From: Octopus vulgaris
Taxonomy: Eukaryota
Direction: 5' to 3'
Assembly (NCBI GenBank): GCA_951406725.2
Contig: OX597815.1
Location: 44,764,001-44,828,000 of the forward strand
Length of the DNA stretch: 64,000 bases
Of this stretch, positions 1 through 11,793 are shown piece by piece. Numbering within the stretch: the first letter of the stretch is position 1; every line of letters starts with the position of its first letter. A model generated the notes under the pieces. The model saw only the letters and a list, made by a program, of their open reading frames with translations, searched no databases and was not told the DNA's origin. The translations under genes were made by a program, and so were the position numbers.

Positions 1-21
1 CCAGTTATTGTCTCTTCAGTT

Positions 22-186
22 CTATATTTAAGAGATGAGGAATTATGTACATTATTTACATTATTTACATTTGCCGGATATTTGTCCTCATCTTTTTTGT
101 TGTCAACACTACGTTTCGGCTGATATACCCTCCAGCCTTCGTCAGGTTCGAACCTGGGTTCTCATTCCTAAGGTATTTTTGGATGC

Positions 187-278
<92 letters not shown>

Positions 279-347
279 TCACTGCCTCGAATCGAACTCG
301 GAATCTTGGGGCTGGTAGCCCGTACTCTTAACCACTACGCCATATGC
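22..347 (-). mobile_element. tRNA-headed SINE-like element with internal (AAT)n and a hammerhead-bearing tail
   Basis: Minus strand from 347: GCATATGGCGTAGTGGTTAAG...GAGTTCGATTCG (A box TGGCGTAGTGG, B-box-like GTTCGATTC), then (AAT)n, then a ~165 bp tail with a hammerhead core. The tail is repeated in inverted orientation at ~487-642. Confidence 0.7.
105..145 (-). ncRNA. minimal type I hammerhead ribozyme motif (5' strand of stem I deleted)
   Basis: Minus strand CTGACGA-A-GGCTG-gagggtatat-CAGCC-GAAA-CG-TA-GTGTT. The upstream stem I partner seen in the 543 copy is missing. Confidence 0.55.
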
Positions 348-435
348 TCGTGCATATGGCGTAGTGGTTAAGTAGCTCTCAGGGAGATTCAGTGTGGCAC
401 AGAATGTGATAATAATAATAATAATAATAATAATG

Positions 436-495
<60 letters not shown>

Positions 496-542
496 TCAAA
501 AAATACCTTAGGAATGAGAACCTAGGTTCGAAATTATCCCAA

Positions 543-588
543 GACACCTGACGAAGGTTGGAGGGTATATCAGCCGAAACGTTGTGTT
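543..588 (+). ncRNA. minimal type I hammerhead ribozyme motif
   Basis: GACAC-CTGACGA-A-GGTTG-gagggtatat-CAGCC-GAAA-CG-TT-GTGTT. Stem I GACAC/GTGTT, stem II GGTTG/CAGCC, palindromic ACGT stem III. Confidence 0.65.
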
Positions 589-656
589 AACAACAAACAA
601 GATGAGGACAAATATCCGTCAATTGTAAATAATGTAAATAATTGTCTCTTCAGTTG

Positions 657-985
657 TGAAGGGACATGGCTTACTGGTTAGGGGTATGTGGCTCACGATC
701 GTAAGGTCGCGAGTTTGATTCCCGGCGGCACGTTGTGTCCTTGAGTAAGATACTTTATCTCTCGTTGTTCCAGTTCACTCGCTTGGCAAAAAATAAATTG
801 TACCTATATTTTAAAAGGCCAGACCATGTCATATCCTGTGTCACACTGAATCTCCCTGAGAGCTACGTTAAGAGTATGCATGTCTGCGGAGTGCTCAGCT
901 ACTTGCACGTTAATTTCACGAACAGGGTGTTCGGTTAATCGGATCAATTGCAACCCTCTTCGTCGTGACCGACGGAGAACCAGTT
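657..985 (+). mobile_element. tRNA-derived SINE, family A
   Basis: tRNA-like head (TGGCTTACTGG...GAGTTTGATTCCCGG). Body shared with copies at 11794, 33805, 47020, 51218 and 51519. Confidence 0.75.
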
Positions 986-1804
986 GAATTAAAACTTTTT
1001 TTTTTTTTGGTCTTTTCAGTTATAATCTCTTTATTCACAATTGTTGTTCCTTCTGTTAAAAATAGCTTATCAAGCTCATATCTCTATTTATGCTATCATA
1101 TAATCGCCTCATATAGTGTTATTTAATTTAGACTGCATTTTTAAAGGCGCGTATATCGACGCTTAACCGAGATATCGCAGAAGAAAGCAAAAGGAAAAAA
1201 GAGAGAAGGGGAGCAGCTATCGCTGCCAAAAAATATTTCCCCATACTTGGTGATGTCAGTATTTATCGGCTGGTCCTGTTCATGTAAATTTCTGATATAT
1301 TAAATGGGAGCAAGGTCACAAGAAAAACGCATTTCATCACAGACCGGTCGATCAGGACTGTTATGGGGCTAAACAAGAACAATAGCCAAGTGTTATTCGT
1401 TGAGAGAAAGGAAGGCATCTGCGTGATCGTTCAACGTGTCTGAAGTAGTAACTAAGTTTTTCCTTTTATCACACCGTTATCCTAAATCAGGAAAGGGCAC
1501 TTTAGACAATGTACTTCTATGTACACCAAAAGCCAAGATAATACACACGCTGTGTATTTTACATGTTTCCATCATTAAACTGTGACCATGCTGGGGCACC
1601 GCCTGAACAGCTTTTAGTCAAACGAATTAAGCCAGTATTTTCTTATTTTACGCCTGGTATTCATTCTATTATTCTCTTCTGCTGAACCGCTAACTTACAG
1701 ACCAACACTAACAGTGACAGCGTTGGTCTGTAACTGAACGTAAACACACCAACACAGGTTATCAAACGGTGTGGGGGACAAACACTCATGCGCGCGCGCA
1801 CATA

Positions 1805-1848
<44 letters not shown>

Positions 1849-2571
1849 GGCCCCTAGGGCAAAAGCATCCAAGGACAAAAGGTCACATAGTTAAAGTGTG
1901 AAAGTGGACAAAAGCCCCACGGTTATATTTTTCGGTAATTTTTTTTTATTTTCACCTACTTGATTCAGTCATTAGGCTGAGGCCATGCTGGGGCACCGCC
2001 TCGAAGAATTTTTAGTTGAACGTATCGACTCCAGAATTATTTTTTTATTTTTTACTTGTTACAGTTATTAGACAGCGGCCGCCCATGCTGGGGCACCACC
2101 TTAAATAATTTTTAGATAGCTGTACTGAACATAGAATCTTTTTTAAAGCCTGATTAAAACCACTTCTGTGATATCTTTCGCCTTTTATTTTTGCTTTTTT
2201 TTTTACTTGTTGAGGAATTTTTAGTTGAACGTATCGACCTCAGAATTTTTTTTCAATGATTTTCAACCAAGGCATGAGGTTAAGCCTAGAAGGTCTCTCT
2301 ACATGCTAGAAATTACAGCCAAATAGCTTGAAATATTTTATACCCCCTTTACTCTTTTACTCTTTTATCTGTTTCAGTCATTTGACTGCGACCATGCTGG
2401 AGCACCGCCTTTAGTCGAGCAAATCGACCCCAGGACTTATTCTTTATAAGCCTAGTACTTATTCTATCGGTCTCTTTTGCCGATCCGCTAAGTTACGGGG
2501 ACGCAAACACACCAGCGTCGGTTGTCAAGCGATGTTGGGGGAACAAATACAAACACACAAATATATGCACA

Positions 2572-2605
<34 letters not shown>

Positions 2606-2651
2606 CATGCATACATGCATACATACATACATACATACATACATACATACA

Positions 2652-2683
<32 letters not shown>

Positions 2684-2825
2684 ACTTATAAACAAGGGCA
2701 AAAGAAAAAATTCCAATGCCAAATATGCCGAAATATAGACTTATTCGTCAATAACCATATAATTTATCACTATAAGCACGCGTCTCGAAAGCAAGCCGAT
2801 AGAAATTTCTTTAAAAATTTCGTTA

Positions 2826-2887
2826 TTATCGGATCGGTCCCAATTTCTGAGTAAATTCATTTAGAATTTTCTCGTCATCGACGATAA
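2826..2887 (-). ncRNA. hammerhead motif, core mutated (TCGATGA)
   Basis: Inverted copy of 3299-3360 with CTGATGA changed to TCGATGA; stems retained. Confidence 0.5.
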
Positions 2888-3298
2888 GTCATGTGTACAT
2901 TTAAGTACCCCAAATATATCCAAAATAGAAATTTAACAGCATACCACGAGACATGTGTGATCGAACTGAAAATTCTCATAGAGTCTCATAGAGTCCGGAA
3001 GTGAATAGTATTAAATTTATATCTAATATAGGATGGCATTGGAATTTTTTCTTTTGCCCTTGCTTATAAGTTGTTTATGAAGTTTAACAACATGCTGGCC
3101 ATTGATAAAATTTGTTTCGAAGATTTTTATCCTATATTAGATATAAACTTAATACTATTCACTTCGATCACACGTGTCTCGTGGTATGCTGTTAAATTTC
3201 TATTTTGGATATATTTGGGGTACTTAAATGTACACATGACTTAATATTTACTTCTTCCATGGGTGCAAGTAAGTATCTCGTTTATTTCCTTATTGTAT

Positions 3299-3360
3299 TT
3301 ATCGCTGATGACGAGAAAATTCTAAATGAATTAACTCAGAAATTGGGGCCGATCCGATAA
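3299..3360 (+). ncRNA. type I hammerhead ribozyme motif with extended stem II
   Basis: TTATCG-CTGATGA-C-GAG-aa-AATTC-taaat-GAATT-aa-CTC-A-GAAA-TTGG-gg-CCGA-TC-CGATAA. 6-bp stem I, AUC cleavage triplet. Confidence 0.7.
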
Positions 3361-3581
3361 TAACGAAATTTTTTTAGAAATTTCTATCGGCATGCTTTCG
3401 AGACGCGTGCTTATAGTGATAAATTATATGGTTGTTGACGAATAAGTCTATATTTCGGCATATTTGGCATTGGAATTTTTTATTTTGCCCTTGTTTATAA
3501 AGTTGTTTATGAAATTTAACCTTTAAAGGTATTTTTCTAATATGCTGGCCATTGATAAAAAATTTTTCGAAAATTTTTATC

Positions 3582-3621
<40 letters not shown>

Positions 3622-4459
3622 TATATACGACAGGCTTCTTTCAGTTTCCGTTGAACGATCACGCAGATGTCTTCCTTTCTCTCAACGAATGAAACTTAGC
3701 TATTGTTCTTGTTTAGCCCCATAGCAGCCCTGATCGACCGGTCTGTGATGAAATGCGTTTTTCTTGTGACCTTGCTCCCATTTAATATATCAGAAATTTA
3801 CATGAACAGGACCAGCCGATAAATACTGACATCACCAAGTATGGGAAAATATTTTTTGGCAGCGATAGCTGCTCCCCTTCTCTCTTTTTTCCTTTTGCTT
3901 TCTTCTGCGATATCTCGGTTAATGTTTATTGATATCTCGAAATGCTTATTGGTCGGCCCGAGGCTATAGTAGAAGACACTTGCCAAAGGTGCCACGCAGT
4001 GGGACTGAACCCGGAACCATGTGGTTGGTAAGCAAGCTACTTACCATACAGTCGCTCCTGCACGGTTATATTTTTTGGTTTTTCCTTTTTTGTATTTTAT
4101 TTGTTTCAATCACTGGACTGCGGTCATGTTGGGGCACCGCCTTGAGGAATTTTTAGTTGATTTTCTAGCTGGTTTTCAACTATCACATGAAGTTAAGCCT
4201 AGACGGTCTCTCGACATGCTAGAAATAACAGCCAAATCTTTTAAACTTTTCTTTATATAATTTTACGGTTGTAAAAAAAAAATTCATTTTCCAAAATTCG
4301 ATTTTTTAAGTAAACAAAATATATTCAATCGAAAATAAATAAGAAGAATAGAGTAACAGAACACACTTCAAGAAATATGTGTAGAAGCATAAAACCTACA
4401 TAGATGCAATCGAGTATATACGTGCATAAAATGCATACACAGAAACACATTCACACACC

Positions 4460-4509
<50 letters not shown>

Positions 4510-5553
4510 TGCGCGCGTGCGTGTGTGTGTGTGAGTGTGTGATATGAAGAAAAAATTTACCTACAGAAAAAATTTAGAAAACTATGTCATGCTGACCTTC
4601 TTCCTAAAATTTCCAACTGCTTTTGCTGAACAAGTCACTTATAATATTTTATAGTATTTTTCTCTATATATATAATAAAGAACGCCAATGTGTTGACCAT
4701 TACTGAACTCAAAAAGTATAAAATGTAGCCTTACTATAAGAGAGCGAATGCAAAATCACAGCGCGACCAATGTCAAATTTGTTTATTCCCAAATTATTGG
4801 TCATTTATTTATAAGCAATTTTTTTTACAAAAAAGGTATGTCTGAGAACCGTGGTGCTTTGTCCGGTGGAATGTCCACTTTTATACTTCAGCTATGGGGC
4901 TTTTGTTCTAGGGGTCTATTGCCCTAGGGGGCTTTTGTCCTAGGTGACTTTTGTCCTACACTCCATACACACATATATATACATATATATGTATATGATG
5001 TATATGTGTCTTTCAGTTTCAGTCTACCTAATTCATTCATATATCTTAGGACTGAAACCGGAACCATGTGGCTGGGAAGCCAACTTCTTACCACACAGCC
5101 ACGTCTCGGTTAATATTTACATAAAATTGCCGATGTGAGGCATGTCTCCCTTAGTACATGACGATGCAAGGAAATCTGATATAGGAATGTGCAATAACTA
5201 ATCGGTGATATAATAAGATTATGGACGTCATACATTTCCTTATCAGTGAATAATGTTGAATTTATTTCTGTTTGTCTTTTTTTCGTCGCTTCTACATTTT
5301 GTCTTCTTCTATTCTGACACATAGCTACTATGTTGTTATATGTTTTCATGCATTTATCACGAAATGTGGATAAATATTTCCTGTACGACTGCTCCTACAA
5401 CCATATCAAAATATTTAAGGATTGTTTGCTCGTACTCTTTAAAACTAAATTTCTCTTCCTATTAACACCATAAAACTGTTTTATTACTCAGGAAAAAAAA
5501 AGAAAAACATTTTGCAATTGTTATAAACACTTGTGCCATCTTCAATTTCTTTC

Positions 5554-6549
5554 ATGATGGCTTACAGTCTTAATTCGACGAATCATTCGAAGTCCATTGA
5601 AGATTTAAACAATGACTTATACGAAACAAACAAAATTCCAATAGTTTTCATCGGCCTATTTACTCCGATCGGTATTTTAGGTAACTTTATTGTATTTTAT
5701 ATATATGTGTGTTGCTTAAAGAAGTCTACACTAAATTTTTTGGTTGAAACTCTCGCACTCCTTGACTTGATATGTTGTTTCACTGCTTTACCATTATCTG
5801 TGATAAAATTACGATTTCCTGTACTTCATCCCTCGGCGATTTTGTGCAAATTTGAAAACTTTTCAGTCATGTTTTATTGTCTTGCATCAGGACTGGTACT
5901 CACGGCTATTTCCTATGAAAGATTTAACAGAATTTGTCGACCAGAAAAGCAACAAATTTCCAGACGATCGGCTATTTATATAACAATTGTGGCAGGTTGC
6001 TCTTCTGTCATTATTTCTTTACCAGATGCTTGGTTTTCTAATTTGACACCAATACATATTTATGGATTAACTATACAAATTTGTTCGCAATCTAGAGCAT
6101 TAGAACAAAATGCTGGCTTTCTTTTGATATTATCATTCATAATCATCGCAACTGGATTCATCGTTTTGATGATTGTTATATTAGTATTGAACTTTTGGAT
6201 CTGGAAAACAGTCAGACATCATTTACGATATACAGAAAGCCGAACCCATAACTTACAGAAAATTAAGGAAACGAACAAAAAAATCAAGAAAATGAACATT
6301 ACAGTTTTATGCATAATTATACTATTTTTCGTAAGTTTTACACCGGAACTTATTGTCTACTTCCCATTAGACATCACTTTTACACAAAAAGGAATAATTG
6401 CCAAAACTTTATTCAAACATACGTGGGTCCTAAACTGTACATTAAACCCTCTAGTGTACGGATTTTTTAATCAAGATTTTAGAAATGAATTCATGAACAT
6501 TTGGACTAAATGTATAAGTTGTAAAGCTGTAATTTCCTCAAGCTCCTAA
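5554..6549 (+). CDS. class A (rhodopsin-like) orphan GPCR, 331 aa, uninterrupted ORF
   Basis: Seven hydrophobic segments. GILGN (TM1), LALLD (TM2), Cys at top of TM3, ERF (DRY site), SFTP (TM6), NPLVY (TM7), FR helix 8, N-terminal NxS/T sites. First ATG at 5554 (track start 5533 is GTG); possible splice acceptor AG at 5490-5491. Confidence 0.93.
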   Translation: MMAYSLNSTNHSKSIEDLNNDLYETNKIPIVFIGLFTPIGILGNFIVFYIYVCCLKKSTLNFLVETLALLDLICCFTALPLSVIKLRFPVLHPSAILCKFENFSVMFYCLASGLVLTAISYERFNRICRPEKQQISRRSAIYITIVAGCSSVIISLPDAWFSNLTPIHIYGLTIQICSQSRALEQNAGFLLILSFIIIATGFIVLMIVILVLNFWIWKTVRHHLRYTESRTHNLQKIKETNKKIKKMNITVLCIIILFFVSFTPELIVYFPLDITFTQKGIIAKTLFKHTWVLNCTLNPLVYGFFNQDFRNEFMNIWTKCISCKAVISSSS

Positions 6550-7985
6550 ATCCTCACAATTTGTTATGTGTTGTATATGTTAACGATCCGGATTGCATAT
6601 ACGTAAAAATTCGATGTCTCAATAATCATAAGAGACCACGAAAAGTTATTTCAAAAACTGACTACACAAACAATAATATTGTAATCGTTGCTCTTACTGG
6701 CGACAATTGGAAAAGTAGTTGTAACATGGAACTATGAAACCGAGTGGACAGCTTATATTCTTTGAAAACAGAAATGGTTCAAATGGCCACAATTCATAAC
6801 TGAAAATGCAAATATTTTTCACGAAAAGCTAACACAAATTCCATGATAATACAGGATAATGCCAGGGAAATTAACTTACGCACATATAACAGCTCAAGAA
6901 GAAGAATATCAAGAACTTAAAGAACATAACAACAATAGAATGAATGGTGATGAGACACCATTCATCTTAATAAATCCAGGAAATATTATACTCACAAATT
7001 ACTACCAAATATTATTGTATTGTTTATATCATTATCTAAACATTGATCATGTTTTACATCGTATCTGTGGAATATCTAATAATAAATAATGGAAAATTTC
7101 AAGTTGTAAGGATTTTGCTACAAATAATATGCTGAAACAGTTCTTTACACTGTCTGAAAGAAATATACCACTAAAATCCACTAAAACAATTCCTGTAAGA
7201 CAATATAATTGCTTTGCTTGCAATATTTTCGCTTCCATTGCTTCCTTATCATCTATTGATCCAATGTGAAATGTATGCTCTATATGCCTGACTTTTGTTT
7301 CACTTTCTTTTTCACTTCACGTATTTTAATCATTAACTTCACGTACGCCACTCACATGCTCTTCCCTGTTTTGTTTACAATCCTTAGTTTCGTCCGCTCA
7401 TCATACACTCATCATATCCGCAATTTTTCTTCATTCGACTACTTATTTCATATATACATTCTCATTCACGTTCTACACACATTTGCTTCAATAATACACA
7501 TTTTTAATCTCATTTCTACAGCTTCAGTGTTTTCGGTTTTACTGTACATATAACTTACACGTCACACAACCACCAAGAATACGATTTCCAAGAATATATA
7601 GAATTAATATAATGAAGCGAACGTAAAACATGCTGTGAAATCAATAAACTGCTACATGGATCAGATCAGAAACTCTGATCCGCATTATTATTATTAGTAG
7701 TAGTAAAATAATAATAAGAAGAAAAAGACTGATACTAGAATACATCTACGTTTGAGTCCCATCAAACACATGCTTTTAACTCCAAGCATTTCAAATCTTT
7801 TAAAACAGCAGGACCATTTGGTTTTCCCACAGCTAAGGTCATTGTTAGGTGAGAAATAGGTATAAATGTAACACAATTTTTTTCTTTCTTCCCTCCAGGG
7901 GTGATAAAATAAAAATCAGTCCGATCTCAGATCGATGGTATTGACTATTTCCCAAAACTCTGAAAACTGCTGGCATTGTGCTGGA

Positions 7986-8069
<84 letters not shown>

Positions 8070-8072
<3 letters not shown>

Positions 8073-8518
8073 TAGTTTTATTTTTATAGCGTGCTTTCAC
8101 TTCACTACCTAGCGCAGCTCTGTGTGCCTTAGGTATGTGCTGTGATTTGTTGTGATGCTCTGATGGTTATTGTATGGAAAGTGTTCTGCGTGGGATGTGT
8201 GCAGTGCCTAGTAGTACAATTTTCTGTATGTTATATGTGTTTGTAAGTCCTGGTGTTTTTGTTATGTATTTGTCTGAATATTTTTTTATCCTGCCTAATG
8301 CACCTACTATGATAGGAATTGTTTCTGTTTTTAGATTCCACATTCTAGTTACCTCTATTTCCAGGTCTTTGTATTTTGAAAGTTTCTCCATTTCTTTTAG
8401 AGACACGTTGTCATCTACCGGTATTGATACATCAATTAGAAAGCATTTGTTTCTTCATGATCTCTGACAACTATATCTGGTCTGTTGGCCTTAATTTCTC
8501 TATCTGTGTGTATCGGCA
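8070..8518 (-). mobile_element. R4/Dong-clade non-LTR retrotransposon, 3' fragment (restriction-like endonuclease)
   Basis: Remnant NRPDIVV...FLIDVSIP..DNVSLKEMEKLSKYKDL...IPIIVGALG...IQKIVLLGTAHI; embedded in (ATT)n on both sides. Confidence 0.8.
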
Positions 8519-8532
8519 TTATTATTATTATT

Positions 8533-8571
<39 letters not shown>

Positions 8572-9105
8572 TTCATCATCATCATCATTATTGATTGTCT
8601 TTGCACAGCTTCTAACGCTGGAGATGTACTATGGTGTTAGCTGTTCACTACGAGTGAACTAAGGTATTATTGTTGTTGTTGTTGTTGTTATAATTAAGGC
8701 GGCGAGATGGCAGAATCATTTACATGTCGCTACGTTCTGAGTTCAAATTCAGTCACTTTCGACTTTACCTTTCATCCTTTAGGGGTCGATAAATTAAGTA
8801 CCAGTTGCAAACTGGAGTAGATTTAATTCACTGGCACTCCCACAAAAATTTTGGGCCTTGTACTTCGAGTAGAAAAGAAGATTATTATTGCTCTTGTTCT
8901 TCTTCTTTTTCTTATTATTATTATTGTTGTTGTTGTTGTTGTTGATGATGATGATGATGATGATGATGTTGTTGTTGTTGTTGTTGTTGTTGTTATTGTA
9001 GTATTTGTTGTCGTTATATTATTTTGTGCTGTATCTCGTCTTTTGATATTGTCCTCCATGTCATGGCCCCTTGTGGCCAAAGAAAGAAATCGTTATTATT
9101 ATTAC

Positions 9106-9150
<45 letters not shown>

Positions 9151-9158
9151 GAGCCATG

Positions 9159-9452
9159 TGAAGGCGCATGGCTCAGTGGTTAGAGCGTCGAGCTTACGAT
9201 CGTGAGGTTGTGAGCTCGAATCCCGGACCGGGCTGCGAGTTGTGTTCTTGAGCAAAGCACTTTATTTCACGTTGCTCCAGTTCACTCAGCTGTAGAAATG
9301 AGTAGCGACGTCACTGGTGCCAAGCTGTATCGACCTTTGTCTTTCCCTTGGATAACAGTGGTGGCGTGGAGAGGGGAGGCTGGTATGCATGGGCGACTGC
9401 TGGTCTTCCATAAACAACCTTGCCCGGACTTGTGTCTAGGAGGGTAACTTTC

Positions 9453-9453
<1 letters not shown>
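9159..9453 (+). mobile_element. tRNA-derived SINE (family A-related head)
   Basis: GGCGCATGGCTCAGTGGTTAGAGCG...GCTCGAATCCCGG A/B boxes; between (ATT)n tracts. Confidence 0.75.
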
Positions 9454-9503
<50 letters not shown>

Positions 9504-9799
9504 ACTACCAAGTGCAGGTCTGTGTGCCTTGGGTACGTGCTGTGGTTTGTTGATATATATATATATATACTAGATGACGTACCCGGTAATTCCCGGGAAA
9601 GCAGGGCTTATCCCTTGGTTCTGTTCTCATAATTATTTCGCTAATCCAGGAGCAACAATACAAAGTATGTAGCCCTTAAAACGATTTTTGTGCATTTACA
9701 GAGAATACCGAACTGTCTTACACAGGATCTTGTTTTTAGGAATTCCCAATAAGTTATGAATACCCAAATTGTGAAGTCAGTTATGTAATGCTTTCATTG

Positions 9800-10160
9800 C
9801 ACTACTGAGCACAGCTCTGAGTACTTTGTGTATACGCTGTGGTTTGTTTTGGTGTTGTTATTTTCACTAAACTGAGAGTGTTTTACGTAAGATGTGCGCG
9901 GTGCTTAGTCGTGCTATTTTGTGTATGTTATATATATATTGGTAAGCCCTGGTGCTTTGGTTATGCATTTGTATGTTTTTTTTAAATCATACTTAGTGCA
10001 TCTATTATCATAGGGACAGTTTCCCGCTTTCCCGCTTTTATGCTCCACATTCAGGTTATCTCTGTTACCATATCTTTGCATTTTGACGGTTTCTCTGTTT
10101 CTTTTAGATATACATTGTCATCTATTGAGATTGATACGTCGATTAGAAGGCATTTGCTTT
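9800..10160 (-). mobile_element. R4/Dong-clade 3' fragment, degenerate second copy
   Basis: Similar to 8100-8450 (e.g. TTGATACGTCGATTAGAAGGCATTTG vs TTGATACATCAATTAGAAAGCATTTG). Confidence 0.65.
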
Positions 10161-10211
10161 CTCCTCTTCTCCTCCTTCTTCTTCTTATGATTATTATTAT
10201 TATTATTATTA

Positions 10212-10243
<32 letters not shown>

Positions 10244-10244
<1 letters not shown>

Positions 10245-10797
10245 GAGTGAGAGAGCAGTACATGTTATCAAAGTGACACTGGGGTAAAATATACGAAGCC
10301 CAGTATACCCATCATGACTACCCGTCTGATAAGGGTACACTAGGCACATGCATCACAACCATATGTGCGCGACATGGTGATCTCATATCAAGATAAACAG
10401 CGCATGACCTTTCAGGTGGAGCACAGTTAGAATTTTCTTCTGGTCGAGTAACCCATTCCGCTCAAATCCTGAACAAGGATTGTTTAAGAATGTTGAACAA
10501 AACACCCATGTTTCCAGAGATGAATTATTCAAACCCCAAGGAACCCCTCTTACCACATGGCTATGAGGCTCCCCCACTACTTCTGCTTGTGATCAGAGAT
10601 GCACATATCGTCAGCCAGTAAGGGACATGCTCAAATGGTTATGGTCAAACAACTGACAAGCAAATCTGTAGTATTGAGCAGAATATTTTCTGTAGCACAT
10701 CTTTATACCAAGACAAAACAATGTACATGATAACACTTCCAATCAGTTAAGATCAGAAGCCACGAGAGCCACTATCTGGTACTGCATCAGGGCATTT
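10244..10797 (-). repeat. unclassified ~550 bp non-coding element ending in (TAA)n
   Basis: Compositionally distinct block with sharp edges; the minus-strand 3' end runs into (AAT)n; no ORF similarity recognised. Confidence 0.4.
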
Positions 10798-10922
10798 ATT
10801 ATTTTTTTTCTTCTAATTTGTACGTTTCTTACAATTACTTGCCGAGACACACCCAGCGTCATAGGCAGATGAAGGATAAGAGTTGTTACAGTATGAGTGA
10901 AAGCTTGGGAAGGAGAAGTGGC

Positions 10923-10999
<77 letters not shown>

Positions 11000-11793
11000 A
11001 GAAATTGTGTAAAGGCGAGCTGGATGTATCGCTGCCGTTCATCCTTTAGCGGCCTATCAATTAAGAACCAGTGAAGCACTAGGGTCGATATAATCGACTT
11101 ATCCCCTCCCCGAAATTGCAGGTCTTGTGCCTATAGTAGAAAGGATTATTATCATTTTTACTATTGTTGTTGTTGTTGTTGTTGTTGTTCTTGTTCTTGT
11201 TCTTCTTGTTCTTGTTCTTGTTCTTTTTCTTCTTCTTCTACACCTTCTTCTTTACTACAACTACTACTACTACCACAACCACCACCTACTGCTGTTGCTA
11301 CTAATACTACTTCTGCTACTGCCACTACTACTACTACTACTACTACTACTGTCTATCATAAAATCTTCAACAGTTTTATAGGCGTTAGTGCAGCACCACT
11401 AGGTATTTCGTCTTCATGGTGTGAATGCAATATTATCTTTTTAGGTTTTGTAGAAACGTGCTTCTATATACTGTTTCAGTTTTGCTTTATTGAGATGTGT
11501 TTTGTTATTTCTATTGATGTAGGGTTTCTTTTCTGTTTGATGTATTGAGCATGCGCAATAAGAGTCGTGCTGTTGTTACTGGGTGGTATATGTACTTCGT
11601 ATTTGCTGTTGTGAGTAGTATTATGTGTTTTTGTGTTAGACGGAGATTGTGTACAATATGTGGTGTGAAATCACGTGGTATTCTTTAGCAGCAATTTTGC
11701 AGAGTACTTGCTGTGCAGATTGTTATTTTCCTAGATGGTTATGGTATAGAGTACATGTTATTTTTGTTTCGATGTTTACTTTGTTTTGCGTAC

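Larger units (their letters stand above)
2683..3590. mobile_element. fold-back non-coding module with hammerhead (Penelope pseudo-LTR-like)
   Basis: Inverted arms 2683-2970 and 3158-3504, direct repeat ~3034-3139 / ~3465-3588, flanked by (TACA)n and (TA)n. Confidence 0.65.
2350..4062 (-). mobile_element. tRNA-derived SINE, family C, interrupted by two insertions
   Basis: Tail at 2350-2560 and head at 3625-4062 match the intact copy at 58591-58990. The central microsatellite hosts the 2683-3590 module. Confidence 0.7.

Noticed and set aside
5533-5553. ORF-track GTG start of the first GPCR
   Set aside because: Eukaryotic context; the first ATG at 5554 gives an N-terminus comparable in length to the paralog.
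6590-7260. Possible coding relic downstream of the first GPCR
   Set aside because: No motif could be read confidently; left as 3'UTR or unknown.
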